A stretch of 63,002 nt of DNA, filler included, from Intoshia linei (GCA_001642005.1; 6 parts of 6 records of this genome joined end to end with filler, not necessarily neighbours in it); one strand, 5' to 3'; positions 42,001 to 55,810 are shown, counted from the whole stretch's first letter. The notes: generated by a model not told the origin, from the letters alone. A program made the numbers and translations.

Positions 42001-43051
42001 AAAATAAAAGCATTAATTTGACCAAAAAATTATTAAATCTTACATTAAAAATAACGGATGTACCTGAAAAAAATGTGTAATACATTCTATATTTTCTATA
42101 AATATGTAAATTATAAGTAGTTATATTATATCAATGTTATAATTATCAATGATACAGAAGGAATCATTAGTCGAGTCATGCCAAACTTAACTCATTCATC
42201 AAAAATTATTTTTTCTTGTATAATTTTGAAAAAAAATTTTAATTATCATACATAATTTTATATAAAATTCAAATAAAATATAGTTTATTTTATAATATAA
42301 AGTATTATGTTACAATGTAACATATACATGATGATGATATTCCAGGTCGCAATTAAAATTTAAACGGTCATGAGTTTTATTTGACTTGACTAATGAATGA
42401 ATATGTCTAAATAGAATGGACAATTCTTCTATATTATTCTTATCATGTCAATGATTAATTATATTAGAATTAACGAAACAAATCTCAAGAAAAAATTACA
42501 AGAAATTAAATTTCACTTTCAAAAATCTATAAATTCACAACTAATAATTAATAGTCGACAACTTCAAGGTTATACCAAAATAAATATGAACGATATATAT
42601 GAAATTGGATTCAATTGGTCAAATAATCCAATGTATAATAACTTGTGTGAATTCGAAATTGAAAAATTAAGAAAAAAAAGTAAGTATCGATATTATTATT
42701 TCGTTATTATCAAAGATTTTCCATTTTCGAGCACTAATATACAATTTGTAACATTCCGTTTTCAATATACTATTATAATAGTACATTGAATAATTTTAGA
42801 TTTATATAATATATAATAGAATAATAATAATTTTAGACATTTTAAATTTTTCTCTTGATCAGATTTCAAATATATCTAAACATTCAATGTTCACATTCCT
42901 AAAAAATCAGGTAAATGAATTGGAAAATATATACAAAAATATTTTAACTGATTGTGATGATTATACTATTCTGCTTCATGAAAGTAATGAATTAGATTCT
43001 AATAAATCTATACAAAAATTGAAACTCTGTCAAACTCCAAAACGATGGAAG
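39069..43051 (+). CDS. Dynein heavy chain (probably axonemal), C-terminal part (stalk/AAA5-AAA6), divergent, flanked by gaps
   Basis: IINFS...AL...L, PILFI...GID, ISIG, GRWIFIQNSHLA, YRLWLS and DVIYG..V motifs. Includes a 674-aa ORF (40056-42080). Confidence 0.85.
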
Positions 43052-44460
43052 GTATATTGTATCAATAAATCAGTATTATTAATATTGCAATGATACTTAT
43101 ATGATTGTAGTATAATTAGATATATATTATGATTATATAAAATAAATCTAAAGATGACTTTATTCTAGATGTAATCACATATTTTAAACTTGACATAAAC
43201 AGATCAAAATATTACTTTTTTGATGATAATAAAATAGTTTACAAATAAAAAAAATAGTACTAAAGCGTTTTTTGACCCTGAAGGCGTCACTTTGTCAGAT
43301 TGAGATTTTTTGTGGGTATCAACTGGTGTTAATAAAATATATACAGTAATGTTTCGATTATCTTTACACTTTTTGTAATATTCATAATCTATATAGTAAT
43401 ATAATATATACTATAATATTTTATTATAATTATAATATTTATATATTTTTATAATATNNNNNNNNNNNNNNNNNNNNNNNNNNNNNNNNNNNNNNNNNNN
43501 NTTAATTAATTAANNNNNNNNNNNNNNNNNNNNNNNNNNNNNNNNNNNNNNNNNNNNCGATAACACACACTGAAAAACAAAGCATATTATTTTATTTTAT
43601 AATATATATATACTATAATTATAGTATATAAGTAAGGACAACAGTGTTTCTAATAATTTTTAAAATAATTGCAATTTTACATAGCTATTTATGAAAAATG
43701 TATTATTTTATGTTAGTTTATATTTTTTAATATGCTCAATATAATGTGTATAGTACCAATGATGAACATGTAAATATTACGAAAAAAATAATTTTATCAG
43801 CCGTAAAAACACAATTTCACTTATCTAATAAGTGTATTATATCAATACGTCAGATATATAATTGTAAAAAAAGGGTTAATAATGACGAGTAATAATAGGT
43901 GTTGATAAGAAATTGATAATTTTGTCAAAAAGTGATGCTAGATATTAATTTTGTATGATATTTTATAAACATGAGTCAGTAATAGCATTTTGTCTTTAAA
44001 AAAATCTATTCATAATGCATTGTTTTTATTACATTTGTAATATAATTATTATTATAATAAAAGTTATTCATTTGCGCCTCTAAGGTGTATAAATACCACA
44101 TTATTGACAAAATTATTGATATAATTAATTTTAGGAGTCTATATTTGGAATGGCATTTCGAAAAGAAATTAATAATATTGAATGCCCTTGTATATACAAA
44201 ATTTTAAATAACAATCAATTGAGTGGTACTATCATTATATTTATTATATATTATGAACACGGTTCATTGAACAATTACGTATTTCATTTTATTTAGGTGT
44301 AGTGTGGAAAATAATAAATAGCATCAATACAAAATCTATACAATCCCATGTTTTGGACCAAAATATTGTAAATAATGGTATGATTCCTTATGATGATATG
44401 GCCTTATAATTCCACAATTATTTTAATTATTATAATTAAATGATTAATTTTGATTAATAG

Positions 44461-47400
44461 ATGATTCAAAACATGAATTAACTGGTTTATTATATCGCAC
44501 CAATTTGATTTCACTTTTGAAGGTATTTGTTAACATTATGTCAAATTCTCATTTACTAATAATCGAAATTGTTTTGTGTGCATAAATTAATCAAGATTTT
44601 TTTTTATACTCTTTATATTTATATTTTTACTAGCTTGACTGTTATGTACTTCGTACAAACAGTATCCTGGCTCTACCGAGGGCAGACATTTTTAATTCTA
44701 GAAAAAAATTCAATAATCTTTACATATATAAAATAAATTAATTAAAAATGTAAAATTTTTATTGTATTCATTTTTCTGTCTGTCTCTTCCAGTTAATTTA
44801 AGAAAGTGAGAGAAGTCGAGAACAATTCCATATTTATATTACTGTTTTTCGAAAGTGATCTTTTCTCGCAATTTTCTATTCAGAAATTGAGTACTTTAAA
44901 GTCAAAAACCCCAATTATCCTTTTTTTTTAAATTCAAACCAATCCTAGAATTATAAAAAATACACACTCTGATTATGATTAAGATTTAAAAATTATCAAC
45001 ATTATGATAAATTTCAATTTAAAATCTTATATTGTCATGACCAAATCTCCAATTATTTTTTTTTTAAAAATGAAAAAAGTGTCAGAATTTTATACAACAC
45101 AAATTGTGAGATTGTTTTAAAAATCATAAACATTATTATAAATTGCAAACCAAAGAAAGTGCATTTTCACAATCAAAACACTAGCTTGCGTTTATAATTT
45201 TTATATTTAATTATATTATAATTATATATAATTTTAATTATTATATTTTTAAAAATGAAAATAGTCCTAGAATTTTAAAAAAAATTACAAAAATTTAATA
45301 AAAAAAATCTTAATTTAATATTATAATTAAAAATTTTTGGCGTAAGCATGTATAACAAAATAGTAGTAATGTTACATGTGTTGTGTGCTTATTAAAAATT
45401 GTAACAATTGTATAAAAGTTTACAAGGTAAATCTGTAACAAGGTATCCTTTTCCAATGCCCAAATTGTTCATTACAAATAATTATGTTTAGATTTATGAT
45501 ATAATCAATTTTCAAATTATACCAAAAATAAAACAATGTCCAGTAAAACAAGAAATTATTATGTCAAATAATGTACATAAAATTTTAAAATTTTAAATCA
45601 GTCTTTTGTATAGATCGAATACAACCAAAACAAAATATTTGTAAAACAAATTAATCAAAAATTGATTGAATTCAACCATATATTTGTAAAATTTAAAATA
45701 TTATAATTATAATAAAAAGCCCAACAAAATTGTTTTGAAAATATAGCTACAATTTAGTTTTTTTAACGTTTAAAATTACATAAAATTTAATTTAATTTTA
45801 AAAATTATTATTGTTAAATTTTGATTGTATTAAAATTATTTTAGCCCATTTTAAGAATATGTTATGTAATATTGACTGAAAAACATTTTAAATTGAATGA
45901 AAATGTTAATAACATTGCAACAAATCTATTGAGTAATGATTCTACCTTACTCCAAGAAATTAAAAAGATCAAAATTGTTCAATTTGAAAAGAAAATTGGA
46001 GAACAAATTGTAACGAATATTTTTCATTATTTATATTATAATTTTATTTTTATATATAGGGAATTACTTTAAAACATGACCGTAACCACAATTGTTTAAT
46101 TTCAAGAATTTTGTGTGGCGGAAAAGTATATAATCAAGGTAAATTAAAAAATGTTAAAATATGAAATTTATGGTTAATATTAATTACACCTAGGCCGCCC
46201 GTCATAGACCTATAAATATTAAATTTAATATTTATAATTTTACTTTCAACACGTAGTGTTAATAAGTGGACACTCTACATCAGGGGTCTGCAACTAGTGG
46301 CCCATAGAATAATTTTGGTGGTCCTTTGAGTAAATATTTATATTATTTATTTTTAAACTTTTAAATACCGTTTTTAACAGTTTCAACTAAAATTGGTTCA
46401 TGAATCATGAATCATGATAATCAATTTAATACTGAATTTTTAAATCGCCCTGGATATTATTTTGTTGTATACTGAAACTTTAATTTCTTGAGTACTCTTA
46501 AATTAAAATGTATCGTGTAAATTTTCAAAAACGGGGCTGGTGGAATTTTTTGATATAAAAATGTGGCCCAGGAGTTATGAAAGGTTGCCGACCCTGCTCT
46601 ACATATTTTTTTAAGATTATGATTATTTAGATATTTTAAAAGCACATGATCAAATTCTAGAAATTAATAATGTTAGTGTCAAAAATAAAAACCTTGAAAT
46701 GATACAAAATATGTTGGTATACTTATAATTAACTTAAAATTTGAATATTTGCAATAAATGTTTAGGTTAATACTAATGGATCAATAACTATAAAAATTTT
46801 GCCTTATCTTAGACAAAGTGAGAGCAAACTTAATGTAATATTTATTTATTAAAATTTATAGTATTATTTAAAGATTTATGTGAAAGCCTTATATAATTAT
46901 GATCCATATGATGATGAAGATCATCCTTGTCCTGAAGCTGGGATATATTTTCTCATGGGTCATATTTTGCACATTGTTAATCAAGATGATCAAGATTGGT
47001 GGCAAGCTTGTATTGTAAATAATCAGAGTGTTTGCTCGTGCCAGCAAGATGAATCTACTAAATTTAATTTTGTAATTTTTTTATTGATTTAATGTTGCAT
47101 TATAATCTCATATTTCTATTTCATAATATTTCTTAACCCCTTATGTGTCATCAGTGATGACACATCATGACATGACTCATCCCTACTGCTGTATTACATG
47201 CATTAATATTTTGTATACATTTTTATAGAAAGTTGGCGTGATTCCATCAGAATTATTTCTCAAATCTAAAATCAGCACTAAAAGTGAAAAGAAACCTAGT
47301 AATATCATAAAATATTAATTATACAATTTGTTTTATTAATTTTATATTAGTAACAAATTCAAATGTGACTTCCAGTACATATTATACATTGTATATAACA

Positions 47401-50400
47401 GTAGTTCCATACAAATAAAATGTGGTGTGTTAATGAGATTATATTGGAAAAATTATTTTCTGGTATTTTGCAATAAAAAAATTGTTAGTTAACCTTTTAA
47501 TTGAAACAAAGGTATATTTTTACCTATAAGTGAGATAATGTGTAATATTTTTCGGCAAATGTGTCAATGAAATGAACAATGTTTGTAGATTTCAAATAAG
47601 TCAACTTTTTTTACCCATGGAATCTTTTTCTTATATGATTTTTAGTCGATTAAAATGTAATCTTTGAACTGTGAAAAAATACGTCAAGTGTGTATTTTTC
47701 ATACGACAACACACCTTTTTCCATGACTGGTATATAACATACATATGGCAGGGTTAAATACATTATTATGTTTAATAAATAATTATATAGTTCCTTAAAT
47801 TAGAATCACATGGATTTTTTAAATTCAAACAAAAAAAATCTAATATACCAATTCTTAAACCTGTAAATATTAAAGATCGATACCGAGTACAGCGCGATGA
47901 TCCAAATATAAATTTTTATAAAGAAGTTGTATGGTGTAAATCTTTTTCTCGCAAAACCATTATTTTGATTGGTGATTTAATTATTTACACAATGTATTGC
48001 ACATATTATATATGTATACTAGGTTGACTGTTATGTATTACGTACAAACAGCACCTAGCTCTGCCGAGGGCACATTTTTATTATACCAAAAAAATAAATT
48101 CACGTTGAGAATCTAACTTTAAGTTTAATCTAAATTTAAGTTTAATCGATTAATTTGATACAAAATGTTTTGAAAATGAGAATTTGAAATTTAAAAATTG
48201 CGTAGCAATGAAAAAAATTCCGAAGGAATGAATTATATAGATTTTCACCCATATTTCTTTATTGGAAATGTGTAGACGTACAATGCTCATTTTTTTTGAA
48301 ATTGTAGGACCAATATTTACATTTTTGATTTTAATCGAAATGTTTGAAAAATATTGGTTGATAAAATTATTTTTCATCGGGAATGCGTAGATTTCTCGGG
48401 TTAAACTCTTGTATTTATATCAACTGGAATAAGCTCTATCACAATAATCTTTTTTTGTAATTTTCGGACCGTTTTCATTAAAAAAAGAAGGGTAATTTGG
48501 GGTTTTGGCCCTGAAGATATATTTTTTTTTAAATTTAAATTTATGATAATGATTATGATTTTAAAATCCCTATCAGCGCATATATTTTTTCAAGTTCTCC
48601 AACTTGTTTGATTTTTAAAAAAAGGACAATTGGGGTTTTTGACCAGTAAGATGTGAGTTTTGGTCATGAGGTTGAAATATATTTTGCGAACATCCCTGAA
48701 AAAAACTGTAATATAAATGTGGACTTTATAAAATCTAAGACCGGTAGATATTTAAATAAAGTTGAATACACACACACAAACAAAAATCGGGTAGCATATT
48801 ATATAATTAAGGATTTACTGGAAATTGTCATACCATGTCAAGGTCAAATGGTTTATAAATTCACAACCAAAGTAAACTAAACTATAAAAACAGATAATTA
48901 TCTTATAATATTAAATGATTAAATAAAAATTACAATCCATGAAAGCTAAATAATTTTAAACTGTTGAATTGACCTATTGTATCGTGACAGGTTGAGTAAG
49001 ACGTTTTTTACAAGTTACTGATTATATGAGTTGGTTATTGTTGTATGTGACAATTATGGATTATAAATTAAAAAAATTAATTAATTTTGTAGGTCCGCAT
49101 GGTGTCGGACGACGACACATAAAAAACACTCTAATAGCAATGAAACCGTGGAAATATTCATATCCTATACCTCGTAAATTTTAAATTAATTAATACTAAG
49201 AACTCATGATTTAACTCATAAAGTTGCTTCATCTAATTTATATTTGTAGACACCACGCGTGATCCACGGTTAGATGAAATGAACGGGACCAATTATTATT
49301 TTATATCTCAATCTCAAATGATTAATGATATAAAAAATAATGAATATCTCGAATTTGGTACTCTCACTGAATGCATTTACGGAACTAAACTTGAAACAAT
49401 TAGACAGTTGTGTGATAAAAAAATTATTCCCATTATTGATGTGGAACCGAATGTATTTATATGCATTTATAATAGAAATTTTCTATGCTAGATAAATACT
49501 AAATTTTAAATTTAGGCTATCAAATTGCTATATAATTCAGATTTTTGTCCACTTATTGTATTTATTGCTGCACCTACCCATTCCGTTTTTAATGAAGTAA
49601 TTTTTTAAACATACAAATATTTGTAGATTGTTGTTTGTACTAAGTCTTAGTTTGTAGTTATTGACAGGGCCGTGTAGATCGAACAGTAGGCCTGTAATAG
49701 CCCTATTTGACATTGTACAATGTACAATAGTCAATGTAACTTTTTTTAATAACTTCAAATAGTATATCCTGATAAGACCAGCCAGATGCCCTAATCTATC
49801 TCAATATCTCAGGTTATAATTTATAATATAAATTTTATCTGAGATCACGATTACTGTACAAATAATAATATACATATTTTATTTCCAAATATACAATGTT
49901 GTTCAGTAAATTAGCATAATCTATAAAATGTTAAAACATTAAATTAACGATAATTTTTTAATTATTAGATGAATATTGGCAAAATTTTATAAGAACAGTA
50001 AATGTATATTGGTGTTTAATTCTAACTACTTAATATTTTTGTGGAATCTTATTTCATTTTAAACAGAGGGGTAATTCTGCGTCGCATACCGTTTATGACT
50101 TTTTTTGATAAATCTATTTTCTACGAATTGCTCCAGGCATAAATCACACTATCAATTAATTCGGATTTTGAAATTCGGACACGATTTTCATCAGACTAAC
50201 ATACATCAGATCTCATATAAGTCAAAAATTTTACAATTATGCTAATGTATTGAAAAAGACAGGTTAATTTTTTGATTATTAAAATTCAATAAAATTTAAG
50301 GACGATTCTTTAAAAAATCTACTGAAGGAAAGTTATGAGATTGAAATGAATTATGGTCATTATTTTGATGTGAAAATTGAAAATAGTGATATTGACGAGA

Positions 50401-50477
50401 CCATTGAAACCATCCAAACTAGCATCAACAATTTCTTTAACAAACCGCAATGGATACCTATTGAATGGGTCACATAG
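44461..50477 (+). CDS. CASK/LIN-2-like (p55-type) MAGUK: L27-PDZ-SH3-GuK, multi-exon; 5' end unresolved
   Basis: L27 [16 protein letters not shown]|IYD; PDZ IVQFEK...GITLK...ISRILCGG; SH3 [17 protein letters not shown]...DWWQA; Gu[23 protein letters not shown]...YPIPHTTR and YGTKLETIR; C-terminus [10 protein letters not shown]. Confidence 0.88.
44630..45184. mobile_element. Two Helitron fragments in opposite orientation inside a MAGUK intron
   Basis: Reverse 3' end at 44630 and a forward copy starting atctttacatatataa (~44717) that ends in CTAG at ~45184. Confidence 0.5.
46281..46596. mobile_element. hAT MITE, copy 2
   Basis: TIRs caggggtctgcaac / gttgccgaccctg and a perfect 8-bp TSD ctctacat. 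Confidence 0.88.
48019..48813 (-). mobile_element. Non-autonomous Helitron (full-length copy, intronic)
   Basis: A|CTAG...GGA|T boundaries, hairpin tgtattacgtaca, and similarity to 18730-19506. Confidence 0.75.
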
Positions 50478-51827
50478 TTGATCCATTACGGCTCAAATAT
50501 ACAAGATATACCTCGTCAACTAAAATATAAAATTTTACATATTAATTTGTATAAATTGAAAATAAATATCTATTCATTCTTACAGGTAAACATTTATTAG
50601 TTGGGTACATATAACTTTCAATATTTCAATATAATGAAATTTTAATGTAGGCTAGTGGTTTCCAAACTTTTTTGGTTGTGGATCACTCACATTATATTGA
50701 AAATGACAAGGTTCAGATTTATGCGGTCAATTTATACTGCAGTAATCACGATTATAATAAATTTTTTATGGGTTAATAAAAATTCTATAATAATTTATGC
50801 ATCATCAAAAGAGTTGAGAAGTTTTCAAGTGTGCAGTTGTTAGCTATGTCTATTAGTAATTCCCAAACTTTAACCTAAACTGAAACGAATGGACTCTTAT
50901 TTTGAAAACAAGATTCAATGCAATTTCAACGAACCCTCTTTGGATTTAGGAACGCTATTTTGGAAAGACCTGATAAGTGTTGTATACTAATCGTCTAGTT
51001 ATAATTGTCAAAAAGATTACATTTCATATGGAAAAATATCGCTAAAATGGTTCCCTGTAAAGTTTTTGCAACAATACTATTTTTTTAACATATACAATGT
51101 ATATTATAAATTCATATATGTTTATATTATTATTATTTATAAATAGAGTATAGTAATGACAATATTAAGCGGATCACATTACTATGAAAAAAAGCGGTGT
51201 GGACTGGTTGTGAAAAATGGACCACTTTTTTTAAAAATATTTACATAAATTTCAGTTTTTTATATAAAATGAGTTATATTCAGATAAAAAATAAATCTTC
51301 GACCCAAAAATAGCGAACCGTTTCTTCTAATTTGAAAAAACCCTTAATGCGTCTATTGTATGTAAATCGGGAGTGAAGGCTATAAAACATGCAAAATTCA
51401 CCACAGAGTAAAACTAAACTACACTGTATCTTCTCTGGTCAAATGTAAAAAAATTCTTGCTTCAGGTTTCAAAATAGCAATAGCAAAAAGTTATTTAAAA
51501 ATTCTATAAAATCTGATTATTACTTTTTCTTTGTATTCACATAATTCTGTTTTTATTTTGGAAATTTTTAAGCGTCATACTGACGTCAGTTTATCAATAA
51601 ATATTTAATTTATATTGAAACTGGAACATAATCACAAAGTGTATTTCACATAATAAATAGAGGTAAATATAAACATTTATAAAGCTAGTATGGAAGTAAA
51701 TAACCAAATGTATAAAAAAGACAACATGAAAAATTAAAATAAAGGTATGTTATAATTTGAAATATTCTCTTGTAGAAAAATATAATATCGTTCAACTAAA
51801 TTTTGATATCACGTGAATTTGAAAAAA

Positions 51828-53534
51828 ATGTCAGTTAACGTAGCAGTAATTTTGAATACAATATATATGTGCATTTTTTTCTATAAACCTCATTTAATGA
51901 TTTTAAATAGAATGAAATATCTCGACCCTTATTATCCGTATATAATTTGGATGGATCCTTAAACGACAATACAGATTGTACATTGCCTGACGTATTCAAG
52001 ACACCAATTAGACCTGATATAGTTAGATTTGTTCACTCTCAAATGCTTTGCAATAAACGTCAACCTTATGCCGTTTCCCATAAAGCTGGTATATATTGAT
52101 ATATGAATGTTATAATTATGTTTCAAATTAATTTACGTTTATTTTAAAATTTTAAATAGGAGTGCAATGCTCTGCAACTTCCTGGGGAACTGGTCGTGCA
52201 ATGTCAAGAATTCCTAGGATTAGAGGAAGCGGTACACATCGATCTGGTCAAGGAGCATATGGAAACATGTGTAATGGAGGTCATATGTTTGCCCCAACTA
52301 AAGTGTGGAGGCGGTGGTATAGGAAAATTAATGTTACACAAAAGAGATATGCTTTGGTTTCTTCGATTGCTGGAACTGCAATTCCTGCATTGGTTATGTC
52401 TAGAGGTACACATTTTTTTAATTTTTAATATTAAAATTTTAGGACACAAAATTGATAAATTAAATGAAGTCCCATTGGTTGTTTCTAATGATATACAATC
52501 CGTTTCGAAAACCCGTGACGCCATAAAGGTTTTGAAGGCTTTACAACTCGATGTTGAAATGGAACGAGTATGTTTTATATTGGACTACCGGACATAAATT
52601 TTTATTAAATAGACGTCTAAAGATTTTCCTTGTCATTTCAAAAATTTTTTGAATATTTATTTATGAAACCTGTTATAAACATTTTTTATAAACCATAGAT
52701 TAGTTCGGTTAAATTTGTTAAGTTAATTATTTTAACTATTTTTGTTGATATTTAGTTCATTATAGGTTAAAAAATCTAAAACTCTACGCGCCGGAAAAGG
52801 AAAAATGAGAAATAGACGATATAAACAAGTCAAAGGGCCATGCATAATTTATAAGAACGATTTTGGAATATCAAAGGGATTTAGAAATATACCCGGTGTT
52901 AGTTTACTAAATGTTGACCGATTGAATTTACTTGAATTGTCGCCTGGTGGTCATTTGGGAAGACTTTGTGTTTGGACTCAATCAGCTATGGATCGACTTC
53001 ATGAAAAATACCAAACTGTTATTAATGGAGAGAATTCAATCAAAAATTTTAAAATACCGTCAACCAAAATGACTAGCACTGATTTGAAGGCTATATTGAC
53101 GTGCCCAGAAATTTTGAAAGTTTTGAGACCAAAACAGTACATTATCATGAACTAGTTAAATATATACATTTAGACAAAATGATCCTAAATATGTCAAAGT
53201 CAATCCTCTCAATAGTACAAGAGCTATGGATAAATTAAACCCATATGCTATTGTACAAAAACGATCTTCTATTAAACAGGCATACTTGAATCGGATTCGA
53301 AATTTACAATTGAAAAGTAAAGTAAAGGTTAGCAGATTATGATTATTGATTCAATTATATATTTAGGACAATGTTAAAACTACTGAGAAGGTAAATAATT
53401 TTATTTTTTTTATTCACTTTCGACTTTGACTGTCAAAACCTTTTTCATACCATTCATCGCTACCGGTTAATGTTAAAATGCTTCTTTTTGTTTTTTAGTC
53501 TAAAAATACATGCACAGTTATGAGTATAGTATAA
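51828..53534 (+). CDS. RPL4: 60S ribosomal protein L4 (uL4), multi-exon
   Basis: [86 protein letters not shown] and NPL...[10 protein letters not shown]. The last two small exons are tentative; AATAAA follows the stop. Confidence 0.96.
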
Positions 53535-53832
53535 TGTATAATTATACATGTGTATAATAAAATTGACATGTAATTTGAAAAATTAAATTAATAATTATTA
53601 ATCCTTTACTAAATTTTCGTATACTTGCCATACATTTTCTATACATGATTGTTCCAAATTAAAAGGGTTATCATATAATTAAATACTTCAATTTTTATAA
53701 AACAGACCTGTTGAACTGACATTATAATTATAATTTACGTTTATAAATTTTTTTTAATATTAATGTATTTTTATTTGCTCATGTATGGGATTAGGGCGTT
53801 TATTTTTGATACTTTTTCGAAAGTTACAAATA

Positions 53833-54585
53833 CAGTCAGACCTGTATATATTGAACACTAACTTAGAAAAAATAACGATCTTCATTATAGAGTTTATAGT
53901 GAACTTTTTATTATGCTTAAAATGTTGATTTTTCCACTTGAAGCGTCATAGCAAAGTTTGATCGAATCAAAATATTTTTGAAAATAGTATATTAATACAA
54001 CCGAATATTCACGAAAATACTAAGTAAAATTAACAATTTTAATTAAAATTATATTCAATGTTTTAAATTTGTTTCAATGTAGAAAAATAATCGGTTATTT
54101 TAGCTTGTCTCGACAATTTTTCCGATGTATCATTTATTTTTTTAAATATATTATTAATTTTATTCGGATAATTTTCAATGTACCATTGTTGCAACTGTTT
54201 AGAAATACATAGAGCTTCGTAAGTATGTATTGTCGTTTCAATGGGAGTCTGAGAGTTAGTTGGTTCTACGGATTCGAAGTCACTGTCGGTACCTATATCA
54301 ATATTTTGAAGGAATACCTCATGTAGTTACTGTTGTATCATATGCTGGAAAATCAATATCTAAGTTACTATTTAGCGGGTAAGATTCTAATTCGTTATTG
54401 TCTATAGCTTGGTTATCGATTATGGCATCATCTCGATATACCAATGTACTAATTTTTGAATTTATAAATGCTTTTTTGAAACAATTTATTAGACATTTCT
54501 TTGAAACATTCTCCCACTCCATGAGAATATACAAAATACATTTGTATAATTTGAATTTTATTAATAAATTTTGATAATTTTCTAG
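53833..54585 (-). mobile_element. Tigger/pogo transposon 3' half (transposase C-terminus and right TIR)
   Basis: TA|CAGTCAGACCTG terminus, EWENVSKKCLINCFKKA (DDE C-terminal W..V...NCF motif), and C-terminal PIP-box-like RQAKITDYF. Confidence 0.8.
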
Positions 54586-55809
54586 CTAGCAGTCCATACT
54601 CCTTAAATCAGATGAAATCTGGTATATCATATTAAAATTGACACACCTTAAGACAGAACTTTTAGAGACACATGTTACACCATAAGGATTTCAAGGTATG
54701 GAAGTACCTAATACATAATTGGTTTGATCGTAATAAGAGTTGAACAGAACACGAGAATGAGGGTATGACTCTAGAAGATACCCAGTCAATCCACCTCCTC
54801 TATCTCCTAAACACCAAAATTTAGTATTTTTGTGTAAATAACAATATTCTAAAACAGAAATATATTTGTAAAAATGTGTTGAAACTGTTAAGTCTGTATC
54901 CACAGACAGCAAGATGTATTGTTATATTTAATTTTGACTAGTAAAGTCCGGTTCCGCTTCACAATGATATATAAGGTGTTTAGGGTTGTGTATTAAACAC
55001 TTGATAAACAAGCCCTTATCTATGACTTTCTTTGGGTAATAAGATTTGGTTTTTATCCTTGGCGAATCCTTGAACGCATGTCTTAGTTTTGACTTTATAA
55101 TGGAGATATGCTTATAACTTTGTATATAACACAACAACGCATTTGGTATGACTCTACTAGCACTGTGAGTCAACAATTCTTTTATTCTATTGATTTTGTC
55201 ATGACTAAGTTCATTGTTGGTAAATATGTATTTGCCTAACTTGATCCCTTCAGTTGATATCCAGTCTTAATAACAGACATCAATTTGTCTTTTTTACTAA
55301 ACAAATGATTTAATGCTATAGCTAGTAAATTACCACAGTATGTATCTTTCATAAGGTATGAAACTTCATATCCATTTGTTAGAGGCTCCAATGCTTTATG
55401 TATATTCATGATTAAAGATTTTGGGTGAATGGGGACTTTGCTTAGTGAGTTAACATAATGATAAATTAACGCATTTATATACGGTTCTTTTAGATTTGTC
55501 ATAAATAAATGTATGTTTGAGTGAACTAATAATATTGTTTGTGAACATCCCCACCAGTAAACCCCATATAAATAGCCATGAACGCATTTTAGTCATTAAA
55601 GACACTGAGAACATGTTATCTCATCATTTCTTTGTAAAGACGTGATTAAACATAAATTCGCTCCAGCTTACATATATTTATTACAACTCATAATCATAAT
55701 TGATTTCATTCATAGATATATCACTCATATTATCACAAGATATTGATAAATAAGTTATGTTATGATGAGATGTTCCCATAAATCCGCCGTTGCTGTATCT
55801 ACTTGATCT
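54586..55809 (-). pseudogene. Endogenous viral element: decayed rhabdovirus-like (Mononegavirales) L polymerase fragment, from the PRNTase end to the methyltransferase
   Basis: Manual minus-strand translation gives RSSRYSNGGF...TYLSISCDNMSDI...NYD (cf. VSV L STSRMSHGGF...TDTMRDLGDQNFD); STHFYKYISVL...LGDRGGGLTGYLLESYPHSRVLFNS (cf. TGAHYKIRSIL...[25 protein letters not shown]); RCVNFNMIYQISSDL (cf. RCVNGETCWEYPSDL). The blocks are collinear and intronless, with several stops and at least one frameshift. Confidence 0.85.
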
Positions 55810-55810
55810 A

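Noticed and set aside
47137-47753. Possible piggyBac element (TTAACCC...GGGTTAA)
   Set aside because: TIR match is poor and the interval contains a needed MAGUK SH3 exon (KVGVIPS).
52196-52597. Overlapping ORFs within RPL4 (52196-52597 +, 52204-52524 -)
   Set aside because: Explained by the exon frame change across a short intron and an antisense shadow.
51846-53498. Intronic snoRNAs in RPL4, as in vertebrates
   Set aside because: No convincing paired C/D or H/ACA boxes seen by eye.
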